Below are positions 47,722 to 57,636 of a stretch of 64,000 nt of DNA, piece by piece; the stretch's first letter is position 1; the number at the start of each line of letters is the position of its first letter. The notes beneath the pieces were generated by a model. The model did not search any database. It was not told the origin of the DNA and saw only the letters and a program-made list of their open reading frames with translations. The stretch lies in the IMG/VR virus record IMGVR_UViG_3300014720_000030, positions 11,547-75,546 of that record; one strand, written 5' to 3'. Both the position numbers and the translations under genes were made by a program. This DNA is from a virus.

Positions 47722-48759
47722 CTACACTGTTATTTTTCTAGGATTAAATTCCATTCGGTATTTTGAACTTACTAAATCATCTAATTTTTTACGGGCAGAG
47801 CTTAACTGAGTTTGTGATATAAATCCTCCAGTTAATTCACCGCATTGTATAGAAACAAATTGTAAATGATCTAATATTTTTCCTAATACATCTAACAATA
47901 CATCTCCATGAACCAATGGTTGACTTGCCTTTTCTCCACCAATATGTATTTCTCCTGGCGTATTTAATATGATACCCATTTCAGAATCAATAACGGCAAC
48001 ATCGCGTTTAGCTCGAAGTATGATTCGATCTGCAATGCCTACAAATTGCGAACCTGCAAATGAATTATGTACTGTCAAATCTCGAGATAATTTTAATGTA
48101 CTTAAGTTTTGTGTGCTAGTTAAATACAATGATGATGCATCTCGTTCTGCGTCTTCTACAACAAATTCTTTTTTCGATAAGTTTTCACTCCCATTAGATA
48201 AAACAATAATTGGATCGCCTGAGTTATTGCTTGACCATGGCGCTTGTTTATGATAATGTCCGGCAGGCGATGATGCAATGCTACTACCCAATCGAATACT
48301 ATTACTCCAACGACCTTCTAGCAACGTATCACCCTCATATGGTTGTAATGGAGATATTACACGTTGTTCAAACGTCTTCCCGGGTTTAATATTTTGAATT
48401 TCTTGTTGAGAACTGTTTGATGATATTCCTGGCAACATGTTTTCATTGATAGATGAATGAACCGATAATGTAGTTAGATAATACCAAGTTTCTCGCCATT
48501 GTGTATTAGTAGTTAATTCATTGAATGTTTTATATATTAATACAAATTCGCCAATTAATGGAATTTGTTTGTTAGTAATATTAGCTGGTTTTGCTGTTAT
48601 TATGCGGGAATTAAAATAATCGCCGCACGTTCTAATTTTAATAGCAAACAATGAGTTTGTATTTCCTACGGATGTTGTATCCGGAGCTTTGTAGTTATAA
48701 GTATATTCATAATCAATTACTTCACCTACATCCCATTCTAATTTACGTTCTTCAGACAT
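47722..48759 (-). CDS. Baseplate hub/central spike protein (gp5-like, no lysozyme seen)
   Basis: PLIGEFV OB-like N-terminus, EGDTLLEGRWSNSIRLG, ADRIILRAK, QPLVHGD. Confidence 0.6.
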   Translation of the reverse strand: MSEERKLEWDVGEVIDYEYTYNYKAPDTTSVGNTNSLFAIKIRTCGDYFNSRIITAKPANITNKQIPLIGEFVLIYKTFNELTTNTQWRETWYYLTTLSVHSSINENMLPGISSNSSQQEIQNIKPGKTFEQRVISPLQPYEGDTLLEGRWSNSIRLGSSIASSPAGHYHKQAPWSSNNSGDPIIVLSNGSENLSKKEFVVEDAERDASSLYLTSTQNLSTLKLSRDLTVHNSFAGSQFVGIADRIILRAKRDVAVIDSEMGIILNTPGEIHIGGEKASQPLVHGDVLLDVLGKILDHLQFVSIQCGELTGGFISQTQLSSARKKLDDLVSSKYRMEFNPRKITV

Positions 48760-49190
48760 TATATGGTACCACCTTGAATTTTATTTTTTGTTGCATCAAT
48801 AGTTTGTTTTAACGCAGCAGTTTCTTGTTCAATGTTATCCAATTCATCAGATAATTCGGATGATAACGTTTGTTCAGCAACGCGTAATAATTGTTGTTTT
48901 TCTTCGTCACTAAGTAAACCATCAGCACCAGATATCGTTTGTTTGGTTGAAATATATCGTTGAACTATTGCAGTTAATTTTACAAGATGATCATCATTTT
49001 TAACTGCAACATCTAGATATTCTTTAATTAAAGGAACAATAATAGTAGCATCAGATGCATTTTTTATTAGCGGCTGAAGTTGTGCAATAAGCTGATTAAT
49101 TTGACGATCTTTTTTTTTAGAATTGTGATATACGTCGGACATTAAATCAGCAAAAGTAGTTCCTTTAAATAGTTCATCATTCTTGTCCAT
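48759..49190 (-). CDS. Hypothetical helical protein
   Basis: ORF track; late promoter 49208-49215. Confidence 0.7.
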   Translation of the reverse strand: MDKNDELFKGTTFADLMSDVYHNSKKKDRQINQLIAQLQPLIKNASDATIIVPLIKEYLDVAVKNDDHLVKLTAIVQRYISTKQTISGADGLLSDEEKQQLLRVAEQTLSSELSDELDNIEQETAALKQTIDATKNKIQGGTI

Positions 49191-49214
49191 ACGTAAAACC
49201 TTTTAAAATAAATA

Positions 49215-49913
49215 TTAAAAAGGCAATTTTATAAAATCTGTTTGTTCATATTCTTTAAATTTTTCATCATATATTTGTTTAAGCGTTTTAACTACCCGCG
49301 TAATATTAGTTGTTTCTAAACCGGTTCGTTCTCGTATGTAGATGTACAATGCTTTTTTATTGAAATTTTCAATATTTTCTCGTGTTTCAAATATATGTAA
49401 TACTGAATCTGCCACATGAATATCTGCAGAAGTTGAAAAAATATAATTTAAATTATCATAACAATATGTAACATATGCATCCATAAATTCTTGCAGAGTC
49501 TCTAGCATATCTGCATTAGAAATTTCTATAATTACGTTGCGTTGTTCATCAACATCGAGTTCAAGTGCATCGGATTTTAATTTTGTATAAGCTTTTTGAT
49601 TTTCTGCAATCAAATAATTAAATGACGTGCGCGTATAATATGAATATGCTTTGCCCGCTGCTGGATTAAATTTGTCTAATCGGGCAGTTAAATATGTAAC
49701 CAAATCGGTTTGCAAATCTTGAAATGAAGAATCAATATAATCAGGTTTGACTTTATTGATAATATTTTCGGTAAGTTTCATGAATGCAGGATATATAAAT
49801 CTGCGATATATTTTTTCACGAACAGCACCATCTGGACTTTTATTATATCCTGCAATTGCTAGGTCTGTTATTTTAGTAAAATATGTTTTACTTGTTTTCT
49901 TGGCTCTCGGCAT
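49215..49913 (-). CDS. Sigma factor for late transcription (T4 gp55-like)
   Basis: Likely start MPRAKK; YF, KLTENII, DLQ..LDKFNP..GKAYSYYTRTSFNYLI region-2 pattern. Confidence 0.7.
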   Translation of the reverse strand: MPRAKKTSKTYFTKITDLAIAGYNKSPDGAVREKIYRRFIYPAFMKLTENIINKVKPDYIDSSFQDLQTDLVTYLTARLDKFNPAAGKAYSYYTRTSFNYLIAENQKAYTKLKSDALELDVDEQRNVIIEISNADMLETLQEFMDAYVTYCYDNLNYIFSTSADIHVADSVLHIFETRENIENFNKKALYIYIRERTGLETTNITRVVKTLKQIYDEKFKEYEQTDFIKLPF

Positions 49914-50205
49914 TGAATTCGTCCTTAAGTGTTTCAACTATTTCTTTTAACATATCAAATGTAGTTCCCACTTCATCTTCTGCAGCAAATGCTCCACGCA
50001 AATCAACACGTTTCATGTTTTCATATGCATTAACAACTTTTGTGTACATGAATTGATTGGTTACTTCTAATGATTCAATATACTTGGTTACATCATCATC
50101 TTGTTCCTGTATATCTGCAACTGCTCCGGCTAGATACCATACCCGATATGCTAAATATGCTGCTACCCCTAGTAGCATTATGTTTGTTATGATTAAAAAT
50201 AACAT
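49888..50205 (-). CDS. Membrane-anchored hypothetical protein
   Basis: N-terminal TM; GAFAAEDEVG. Confidence 0.7.
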   Translation of the reverse strand: MLFLIITNIMLLGVAAYLAYRVWYLAGAVADIQEQDDDVTKYIESLEVTNQFMYTKVVNAYENMKRVDLRGAFAAEDEVGTTFDMLKEIVETLKDEFNAESQENK

Positions 50206-50206
50206 G

Positions 50207-50983
50207 TTATTCCTCGTTAAATGCTTTGAATATATCCGTTAATGACTGTTCAACATCCGGATTATTCTCAGCTAGATTTTTTAAGCCCATTGATTTTTGA
50301 ACACGACTTTTTTCTGCAACTGGTTTAGGAGATTCTTTGTCTTTATTTCTCCAACGTTCAAATTCAATTTGTGCTGCCATATGATCTGCATGATGCAAAA
50401 TGATAGGAAGATTTGTTTTCAATTTGGCTTGTGCTGAGCGAGCAACAAAATATGGTTTATTTGCCTCATCATACATTCCATCGTGAATCTTAATTGCTTG
50501 ATATTCCGTCCAAGACATTTTAACATCATATTCTTGTAGCAACCAAATTGAAAGATCCGGCACCATGGTAAACGGAATGTTTTCATTGTGACGATACATT
50601 TTGTTTTGATTTTTTCGATGCCAATCTGAAGTTTCTATTTGATATACTTCATTACCTTCGCCCGGAAATCCTACTTTGCCCAAATCATGATGCATTGCAG
50701 CAAAGCGAAGTTCTTCAATAGTATAACCAGACATATCCGCACCCATCTCACGCCAAGATTCATAAAGTTTCTCAGCACAAGCAATAACTCGAAGTACATG
50801 ATCTACATATCCTCCGGCAAATGCATTATGAAAATGCGCTATTGATGATGCTGGCATCATTGCCATGCGATCTTCAAATTCATCATACATTTTATTTAAT
50901 TGATCTTTACGGGTAGGAAAATAAGTATTCACTAATTCGCGATACCGTTCCCAGTTTGATTTGATTTTTTCTGCTTGTAACAT
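50207..50983 (-). CDS. HD-domain phosphohydrolase
   Basis: PAS..FHNAFAGGYVDH, HHDLGK, IHDG, LHHAD. Confidence 0.88.
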   Translation of the reverse strand: MLQAEKIKSNWERYRELVNTYFPTRKDQLNKMYDEFEDRMAMMPASSIAHFHNAFAGGYVDHVLRVIACAEKLYESWREMGADMSGYTIEELRFAAMHHDLGKVGFPGEGNEVYQIETSDWHRKNQNKMYRHNENIPFTMVPDLSIWLLQEYDVKMSWTEYQAIKIHDGMYDEANKPYFVARSAQAKLKTNLPIILHHADHMAAQIEFERWRNKDKESPKPVAEKSRVQKSMGLKNLAENNPDVEQSLTDIFKAFNEE

Positions 50984-50988
50984 AACTT

Positions 50989-51017
50989 ATTATATTGATT
51001 TATTTTCGTATTTCCAA
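50989..51017 (-). promoter_or_regulatory. TTGGAA-N17-TATAAT promoter
   Basis: Exact spacing; -10 box 5 nt from ATG. Confidence 0.65.
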
Positions 51018-51167
51018 TTGTTGTCCATTGACAAGTTTTGATACACACTTATAACATGTAATTGCTGTTGCATTTACATCGACTCGTTCGCAAATATCAT
51101 CGCAATATTTGCATTGTAACTTTTTAAATCCTCTTGAAGTAGGACTACTTTTTGTATTTTTTTTCAC
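51000..51167 (-). CDS. Small zinc-ribbon protein (55 aa)
   Basis: Not in ORF track; GTG start, MKKNTKSSPTSRGFKKLQCKYCDDICERVDVNATAITCYKCVSKLVNGQQLEIRK. Confidence 0.7.
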   Translation of the reverse strand: MKKNTKSSPTSRGFKKLQCKYCDDICERVDVNATAITCYKCVSKLVNGQQLEIRK

Positions 51168-52152
51168 GTTCAATTTTAAATTTATTTCGGTATGACAATA
51201 TTTCTGGATTAGGACTCGTTATTTTGGTATTGCTACTTTTGAGTGGCAATACAATTTCATTGTCAGAAGCTTGAGTTGGGGCTTTAACCCTCTCGGCTTG
51301 ACTCTCCTCAGTTGCTTCCGACTGCTCCGCCTGCAGAGATGATTCATCTTGTAGTTGGATGATTTTTTTATTATGTAAAATTTTATTTGCTGAAATGAGC
51401 AATATGATTGCTAAAGGATCAAATACCATTATAAGCATTAAAATCAGCCAATTAACTACGGTATCCATGCTCTTGTTAGTAATCTTTGCAATGTATTTTA
51501 ATGGACCTACTTCTGCTGCAACGGTAGATGTTGTTTGCAAATTAGTAATTTTAAGATCCATTGCTGATACCGAATCGGTCATTGCTAATTCTCGTTGCAT
51601 TAGTTGTTGATTTCGTTGAACGGCTACATCCAGTTGTTTTTCATAAGCCTTTCTGTTACCAGCATCTGTTTTTATAATTTGATTGCCATTTCGATCTGTA
51701 TATTGAATACGATTATTAGATAATGCAGTTGTTAGATTTTCTATGTTTGCATTAACCGTTTGTTTTTCTTTGGTTATTTGATCCAATTGAATTTGAAATC
51801 GATCGCGCTTAGTTTTAACATTATCAATTATCAATTCAGAATTTTGTAAACGATATGATGTATCTTGATATGATGATGCTAAAAATCCATAGATGCCCAA
51901 TGACGTAATTGCCATCAATATAACAACTGCTGTAGTTAAATAAATTTTCATTAATCCGGAAATTGTATTCCAATAACGATGCAAGTATGATGCTGTTATA
52001 AGTTTTGAAATTTCTAAAGTCGATGCTAAAATAATTACGGCCGTTGCTTGTGATGCAAATAATTTACTCAATCCGAATACGCTGTAATATGCAGCACTTG
52101 CAGCTAAACTAAATGCAGCTGCTAATACAATGTACGGAAATCGTTTTGCCAT
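51145..52152 (-). CDS. Membrane protein with long coiled coil
   Basis: Three N-terminal TM segments, coiled coil, EVGPLKYIA, C-terminal TM VFDPLA. Confidence 0.75.
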   Translation of the reverse strand: MAKRFPYIVLAAAFSLAASAAYYSVFGLSKLFASQATAVIILASTLEISKLITASYLHRYWNTISGLMKIYLTTAVVILMAITSLGIYGFLASSYQDTSYRLQNSELIIDNVKTKRDRFQIQLDQITKEKQTVNANIENLTTALSNNRIQYTDRNGNQIIKTDAGNRKAYEKQLDVAVQRNQQLMQRELAMTDSVSAMDLKITNLQTTSTVAAEVGPLKYIAKITNKSMDTVVNWLILMLIMVFDPLAIILLISANKILHNKKIIQLQDESSLQAEQSEATEESQAERVKAPTQASDNEIVLPLKSSNTKITSPNPEILSYRNKFKIEREKKYKK

Positions 52153-52334
52153 TACCCTCGGTCAATATAGTATTTTGCTGATTCTAATTTTTTTAATGCA
52201 CGAGCCAAATTGTCAAGTGCAGAAGCTTTGTCAGTTTTGCCTTCGGTTAATGCTTTGCCTACTGCACGGATAATGTCATGTGCATCAGCAATATCATCAG
52301 TAATTTTAACTTTGTAGCGATAATCTGCTTTCAT
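52152..52334 (-). CDS. Small hypothetical protein
   Basis: 60 aa; late promoter 52368-52375. Confidence 0.65.
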   Translation of the reverse strand: MKADYRYKVKITDDIADAHDIIRAVGKALTEGKTDKASALDNLARALKKLESAKYYIDRG

Positions 52335-52376
52335 AATAACCTTTATAATAAATTAATAATATTATATATAAATATC

Positions 52377-53402
52377 TTATTCTAAAATTAATTGAGTGTT
52401 TTGACAACATTCTACATTCAACGCAATCAATGATTGTTCTTTAGCCTTAGCCTCAACCATAACATCGAGATCAGCTACACCATATGTATCCGGAAGCCGT
52501 GTAATGTAGTCAGCATGAGCCTGCTCCTTGATCTTGGTAAACTCCTTGTATTGTTTGTGAAATGTAGGCCATTTGGGCAAGTCGGCAATGTCAATGTTGT
52601 GATGTGCAAACATACGCTCAATAAGAATCTGTGCTTCGCGTCTGCGAGACTCACTGTAATGAGTACATTGAGTAACACCATGACGTTGCCATGTTTCGCG
52701 AGCCATGAAGAATGCTTCTTGTTCGGATATGTCACCAGTATTGAATGTGTGATGCCAATAATCAAACGTAATAGGTATAGCAATTTCTGCATGCAACATG
52801 GAATACAATTCGCGCACGGAATACATGGAGGCCTTGTCATCATTCTCAATAACTAAACGTGCCTTGCAAGAATCTGAAAGACGATCATAGTTATGCAACC
52901 ACCGTGCAATGGTGCCGGGCTTGTCGTTGTAAGTAGCACCAACATGAATATTGATCTTGTTCTCAAAGCTAGGAGCAAAGCCCATCATATCAAAGAGCTC
53001 AGAATGTCGTTCAAGACCAATGATGCTATTATCTACAACTACGGCATCGGGACTACCTAGGATATGAAACGGACCAGGATGCGTTGTAATGCGATGGCCA
53101 TGCGCACGAGCAAAGTCACCTGCGGCACGAAGATGCTGTGCAATAAGATCGATATTGGGCAAATCGGCAAGCTCGTAATGATTCCAACGAGGAAAGAGCT
53201 CAGAGCCTAAACGAAACAAACGAATGCCGCGCGTCTCATTCCATTGCAGAATAGTTAACAAATCGCGGGCATTGGCAAGTGCAATGTCGGATGCTAACTG
53301 CAAACCACCCAATTTAAATTTGCGATCAATCATGGCACGACCGGTACGAATACCTTGGGCGGATAATTCCATGTTGATACAGGCATAACCATAACGTATC
53401 AT
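52377..53402 (-). CDS. uvsE: UV damage endonuclease UvsE/UVDE
   Basis: GYACIN, FRLGS, HPGPF, IHVG, IENDD, FDYWHH, HYSES, AHADY, MVEAKAKE. Confidence 0.93.
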   Translation of the reverse strand: MIRYGYACINMELSAQGIRTGRAMIDRKFKLGGLQLASDIALANARDLLTILQWNETRGIRLFRLGSELFPRWNHYELADLPNIDLIAQHLRAAGDFARAHGHRITTHPGPFHILGSPDAVVVDNSIIGLERHSELFDMMGFAPSFENKINIHVGATYNDKPGTIARWLHNYDRLSDSCKARLVIENDDKASMYSVRELYSMLHAEIAIPITFDYWHHTFNTGDISEQEAFFMARETWQRHGVTQCTHYSESRRREAQILIERMFAHHNIDIADLPKWPTFHKQYKEFTKIKEQAHADYITRLPDTYGVADLDVMVEAKAKEQSLIALNVECCQNTQLILE

Positions 53403-53493
53403 ATATGTTTTATTTTATATTATGTAAAAAAAATAAAAAATCCAAATTTCATTATTTTTTTTTTGTATGATATTTATTATTGTTAACAAGAAC

Positions 53494-53501
53494 ATATTTA
53501 T
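53494..53501 (+). promoter_or_regulatory. Putative late promoter ATATTTAT on plus strand (second copy at 53470-53477)
   Basis: Motif orientation flips with gene strand. Confidence 0.7.
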
Positions 53502-53529
53502 TAGAAATCCATAAAAGAAACAAAAACAA

Positions 53530-54117
53530 ATGAAAAATATTTTATCAGAAAACATGTTGCGTTTCGGAACCAAGAATTTATCCGAAGCTGCACAACAAGA
53601 ATTGGTTGTCAAATCAATCATGGAAACCATTGATCATCATGGATTGCATGGCGCCGTTAGACGAAGGCTGATGGAACAGACTGTTCCTGGGGATGTAACA
53701 ACGTACGTTGAAAACTACCGTAAGGCCGTTATAGCAGCTTTTCCGAATACGTTTCAAGATGTACCGGGAAAAACCGATAACAACGGATACATACCGTTTC
53801 CCGGAAATAACCCTCAAGAATACATATATGTTTATACAAATGGAGCAGTAACATTGCCTAACGATAAATTAAAATTATTGAAACAGCTACAGACTGTGCA
53901 CGATAATGTTGTATTAAATGGCGTTAGCGATAACAACCCAAAATTACGTACGGCTATTGCTAATCTTACGAAAACCGCTTACGCACCCGAAACGGCGCAA
54001 GGAATAGCATTAAAATCATTTGATCAAAACAAGATTATAGATATGAACCAAGCATTTTTGACTTATAAAGCATTTTTGGAAAAGCAAAACCCATCAGGTG
54101 CACCAACAAAAAATTAA
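53530..54117 (+). CDS. Putative internal head protein with conserved ~50 aa leader
   Basis: MKNILSENMLRFGTKNLSE...RRLME leader shared with next gene. Confidence 0.7.
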   Translation: MKNILSENMLRFGTKNLSEAAQQELVVKSIMETIDHHGLHGAVRRRLMEQTVPGDVTTYVENYRKAVIAAFPNTFQDVPGKTDNNGYIPFPGNNPQEYIYVYTNGAVTLPNDKLKLLKQLQTVHDNVVLNGVSDNNPKLRTAIANLTKTAYAPETAQGIALKSFDQNKIIDMNQAFLTYKAFLEKQNPSGAPTKN

Positions 54118-54155
54118 TTTATAAATTTAATACAACCATAAAGGAATATACCCAA

Positions 54156-54770
54156 ATGAAAAATTTACTTTCAGAAAACATGCTGCGGTTTGGAACCAAA
54201 AATTTATCCGAAGCTGCACAAAGAGAATTAGTTCTCAAATCAATCATAGAAACTATCAATGAGCATGGTTTACACAACGAAATTCGCAGTCGATTAACGG
54301 AAGCACAATCAACATACGAAGGTAGTATGGATTCGTTATATCAAGGTCTCGTAAATGCACTTAATAAACCGCTAAAGACACATCAAACAGCAGACCCAAA
54401 AGATACTAAATATCTAAGCGTAGATAGAAAAAGTTTCAAAGTATGGGCTTGGGGCAAAAAAGGTATCGGAAAACCTGCGGACCCTAATATGCAAGGCATA
54501 ACTGATGCAGAATATTATCTTATATTAGGGCCTCAAGGTTCAAAATCTCCACTAGACGAGTCGATAACATATTTAAGTACATTAATGAGTAACTACATGG
54601 GCGGGGTGACGGGTCCACAAAGGGTAGGGCAGAAATTAACCGAATTTTTAAAGAATTTTGGTTTAAAACACCCAAAAATTACTCCATCGGTTGGTTTGCC
54701 TGTTATTACTGCTTGGGTAAAAACTTATGAAACGGTGCCACCACCAAGTAAAGCAGGAAAAAAACCTTAA
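54156..54770 (+). CDS. Putative internal head protein with conserved ~50 aa leader
   Basis: MKNLLSENMLRFGTKNLSE...SRLTE leader, unrelated C-terminus. Confidence 0.7.
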   Translation: MKNLLSENMLRFGTKNLSEAAQRELVLKSIIETINEHGLHNEIRSRLTEAQSTYEGSMDSLYQGLVNALNKPLKTHQTADPKDTKYLSVDRKSFKVWAWGKKGIGKPADPNMQGITDAEYYLILGPQGSKSPLDESITYLSTLMSNYMGGVTGPQRVGQKLTEFLKNFGLKHPKITPSVGLPVITAWVKTYETVPPPSKAGKKP

Positions 54771-54798
54771 TTTTTTTTAAGTTTTAGAATATACGCAG

Positions 54799-54825
54799 AA
54801 AAAGCTCCAACTCGGAGCTTTTTTT
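54799..54825. terminator. Bidirectional intrinsic terminator
   Basis: AAAAAGCTCC-AACTC-GGAGCTTTTTTT between convergent genes. Confidence 0.85.
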
Positions 54826-54839
54826 GTGTTCAATTAATT

Positions 54840-55253
54840 TCAATATGTTTTAATTATATCAAAATCAATCCATTTTTGGTATTCCGCTAAATCATCAATA
54901 AACCAATACCAAGTAACTGATTGATGCCCTGTCATTTCAATCAATAAACCATTATCCCATGCATCTAAGAATTTAACCTGCAACGTGTTGTTGTTTTTCG
55001 AAACTGAAATGGGTGTTTTATACGCGACTTCATTGTCTTCAAATTTTGTTAAATGATTGTTGTTTAAATCTAAAACATACAAAGTATTAACTTTTTGAGG
55101 AGATATTTCGCTTAGCAAAGGATCCTTAAAAACTTCAGAAACGGTTTGTGTACTATATCCGTAAAATGATTGAACTTTATTGACTTGAATTTTTATTATT
55201 TGTGACTGAATATTTGTAACAAATAAAATAGCAATGATTAATAAACGTTTCAT
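54840..55253 (-). CDS. Secreted hypothetical protein
   Basis: Signal peptide MKRLLIIAILFVTNIQSQ. Confidence 0.7.
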   Translation of the reverse strand: MKRLLIIAILFVTNIQSQIIKIQVNKVQSFYGYSTQTVSEVFKDPLLSEISPQKVNTLYVLDLNNNHLTKFEDNEVAYKTPISVSKNNNTLQVKFLDAWDNGLLIEMTGHQSVTWYWFIDDLAEYQKWIDFDIIKTY

Positions 55254-55338
55254 AACTTTAATTTTTTAATTGGTTAATTATATTACAATAATATAAAATA
55301 TATATTATATTTCCAACCATATTATTTACATTTACGAC

Positions 55339-55346
55339 ATATTTAT
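55339..55346 (+). promoter_or_regulatory. Putative late promoter ATATTTAT
   Basis: 4 nt upstream of ATG at 55351. Confidence 0.65.
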
Positions 55347-55350
55347 TTAT

Positions 55351-57636
55351 ATGATACAAACGATAACATATAACGAAGTATTACGAGAAGCTGTTTTAGA
55401 AAAAATTATCGAACAAAAGAAAAATTCTAAAAAACCAATACGTCCCGGAAAATACGTTTTACCAGATCAGCCACCGCGTACAAATTATGCATTTACAAAC
55501 AATAATTGGTACTATATATATTACGAACGAATTAAAAACCCAGGGGAGGCGTATACTACGTGGACGCAAATTGTCAAACAAGTTGACGACAAACGCCTAA
55601 TAAAAAAATTAAATCGTCAAGCAAAACATGTAGATTCATTTATAGGCATGGAAGATGAAGAAATTGTACAAAAATCAAAAGCACCTTCAGGTACATATAT
55701 TGATCCCAAAACCGGCGAAGAAACATTTGTAGCAACATTCAACGCACCGGAGGTGACGGTAACACGAATGGATCCATTGAAAGCAGCCAAAGCTATTTAC
55801 AGATCCAAAGGTCGCATTTGGGATGATGAACAAGCAGCAATTGCATGGATGTCTAACGTTGCAAATAGTCAAGAATATTGGAGAATTAACAAAGCATTCA
55901 TGGATAAAGTTGATCCAAAGTCCCGTACGTTAGTTGAATATTTTAGATCATATATGTCAATAGCCGATCGATGTAGACTTGCATGGCATTTATTTCATAG
56001 TTTACAAAAATCAGATCACCCTACCGTATTAAAAAAATTGGTTACATATGGTGAAATAAAAAAAGTTGCATTTTGGGTATATAACAATTATCCAAATTCG
56101 GTTAGCGATCAACATGGCCGGGGAGATGACTACATAAAAGATTTTAAAAATATTGATATATCAAATCTATCAACCGAAACCGAAAAAAAGATAATGAATT
56201 TAACTTGGCCTGGAGGAAGTGGTGTTGGCAACATTGGCGGCGGCATTGGCGGTCCGGGATTTCCAACGGGTGCAGTAAACTTAAAACCAGATATATACAC
56301 AACACGTATAAATCAAAGCTTAAAAAGATGGACGCCAGAAGCTGCCAAAATGGTTTGGTTGTATTTGCATGATCCAGCTTTGTATCTAAATGAATTTAAA
56401 GACGATTTCGAATCATATGATTTTCGAGATTTTATGTCGCAAGCGGGAGCTGTAGTTGGGGCATCAACGTATTGGACGTGGGACGAGACAATACAATATT
56501 TTAGAGAACTTGCATATTCTCCTGCAGGTATAACTGCCACCGTTGTGTTAGAAGTATTTCCAGCAACGGTCTGGATACCTAAGATAGTTTTTGGATTATT
56601 ATTAGCAGATGATTTGTGGAAATTTTATTCGGGTACCAATGACGAAGAAACCGTAATGAATTTAATATTTGATGTATTAGGTTTATTTCATGCACCAATA
56701 ATTGCGGGCTTACGTAAATATCTAAAACCTTTATTGAGTGGACTTATTGGCATCGTTGGCCGTGGATTTAAAATGACAGCTGCCGGTGTTAAGTATTTAG
56801 TGCAATTTATGCAACGTGCAGCAAAACCTGTAATTCAAGCTTTAGAAAAGCTAGGAGGCGGTAAATTATTATCAAAAATTGTCCAAACGTTTAAATCAGC
56901 ATTGCGGTTAATTAAAGACACAATAAAAGATATTCCGTTCCTAAAATCTGCGGCCGCATACATAGACAAAGCACTTGCAACTATTGAATTATATTGGGTA
57001 GCTATGATTAAACCATTTTTAGAAACATTGAGCAACGTAATAAAAATGGTATTGCGATTTCCCGGTCAGGCTGTTGAATTTATCATGTCAAAATTAGGAT
57101 TTTCTTCTGAATCATTAGCAACAAAAGGTGCTAAAGCTGGGGTTAAAACTTTACCTGTTGCAGCAGGCTTAGCTTGGACATTAGAGCATTATGCTGAATG
57201 GAAAGCTGAATATGATTTTGAAAAACACACCGAAGCTCAACAGGAAGCTTATTTGTCAGCTCATACCAAATTATTATCAGAACATGTTGTTGGAATTCCA
57301 AATGTTGATAGTTTACAATCATGGACATATGATGCCAACGTTGGAGAATTAAAAGAATTCGGTTTTTGGAATAATTATGAAGCACAAATGTCAGATATTA
57401 ATGGCATGATGATACCAATGGAAATGGTGCTATATGATACAATACAAGCCCAAGATGATAAAGGCCAATGGGGAACATATGTAAAAGTTAGGATGCCACT
57501 GGATAAAGATGCAATCGAAATAGCAGACGTATACGTCTTAAGATCAGAAATGCATCAATTTAATAAAAACCCATTAACAAAATTAAAAAAAGGAAATATA
57601 AATGAATTCTCAAAAAAAATTAGATTTGCTAATTGA
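55351..57636 (+). CDS. Large hypothetical protein with annexin-like segment and hydrophobic/amphipathic helices
   Basis: VLRE..IIEQ leader; AAKAIY..G.WDDE..A; hydrophobic stretch GITATVVLEVFPATVWIPKIVFGLLLA. Confidence 0.7.
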   Translation: MIQTITYNEVLREAVLEKIIEQKKNSKKPIRPGKYVLPDQPPRTNYAFTNNNWYYIYYERIKNPGEAYTTWTQIVKQVDDKRLIKKLNRQAKHVDSFIGMEDEEIVQKSKAPSGTYIDPKTGEETFVATFNAPEVTVTRMDPLKAAKAIYRSKGRIWDDEQAAIAWMSNVANSQEYWRINKAFMDKVDPKSRTLVEYFRSYMSIADRCRLAWHLFHSLQKSDHPTVLKKLVTYGEIKKVAFWVYNNYPNSVSDQHGRGDDYIKDFKNIDISNLSTETEKKIMNLTWPGGSGVGNIGGGIGGPGFPTGAVNLKPDIYTTRINQSLKRWTPEAAKMVWLYLHDPALYLNEFKDDFESYDFRDFMSQAGAVVGASTYWTWDETIQYFRELAYSPAGITATVVLEVFPATVWIPKIVFGLLLADDLWKFYSGTNDEETVMNLIFDVLGLFHAPIIAGLRKYLKPLLSGLIGIVGRGFKMTAAGVKYLVQFMQRAAKPVIQALEKLGGGKLLSKIVQTFKSALRLIKDTIKDIPFLKSAAAYIDKALATIELYWVAMIKPFLETLSNVIKMVLRFPGQAVEFIMSKLGFSSESLATKGAKAGVKTLPVAAGLAWTLEHYAEWKAEYDFEKHTEAQQEAYLSAHTKLLSEHVVGIPNVDSLQSWTYDANVGELKEFGFWNNYEAQMSDINGMMIPMEMVLYDTIQAQDDKGQWGTYVKVRMPLDKDAIEIADVYVLRSEMHQFNKNPLTKLKKGNINEFSKKIRFAN

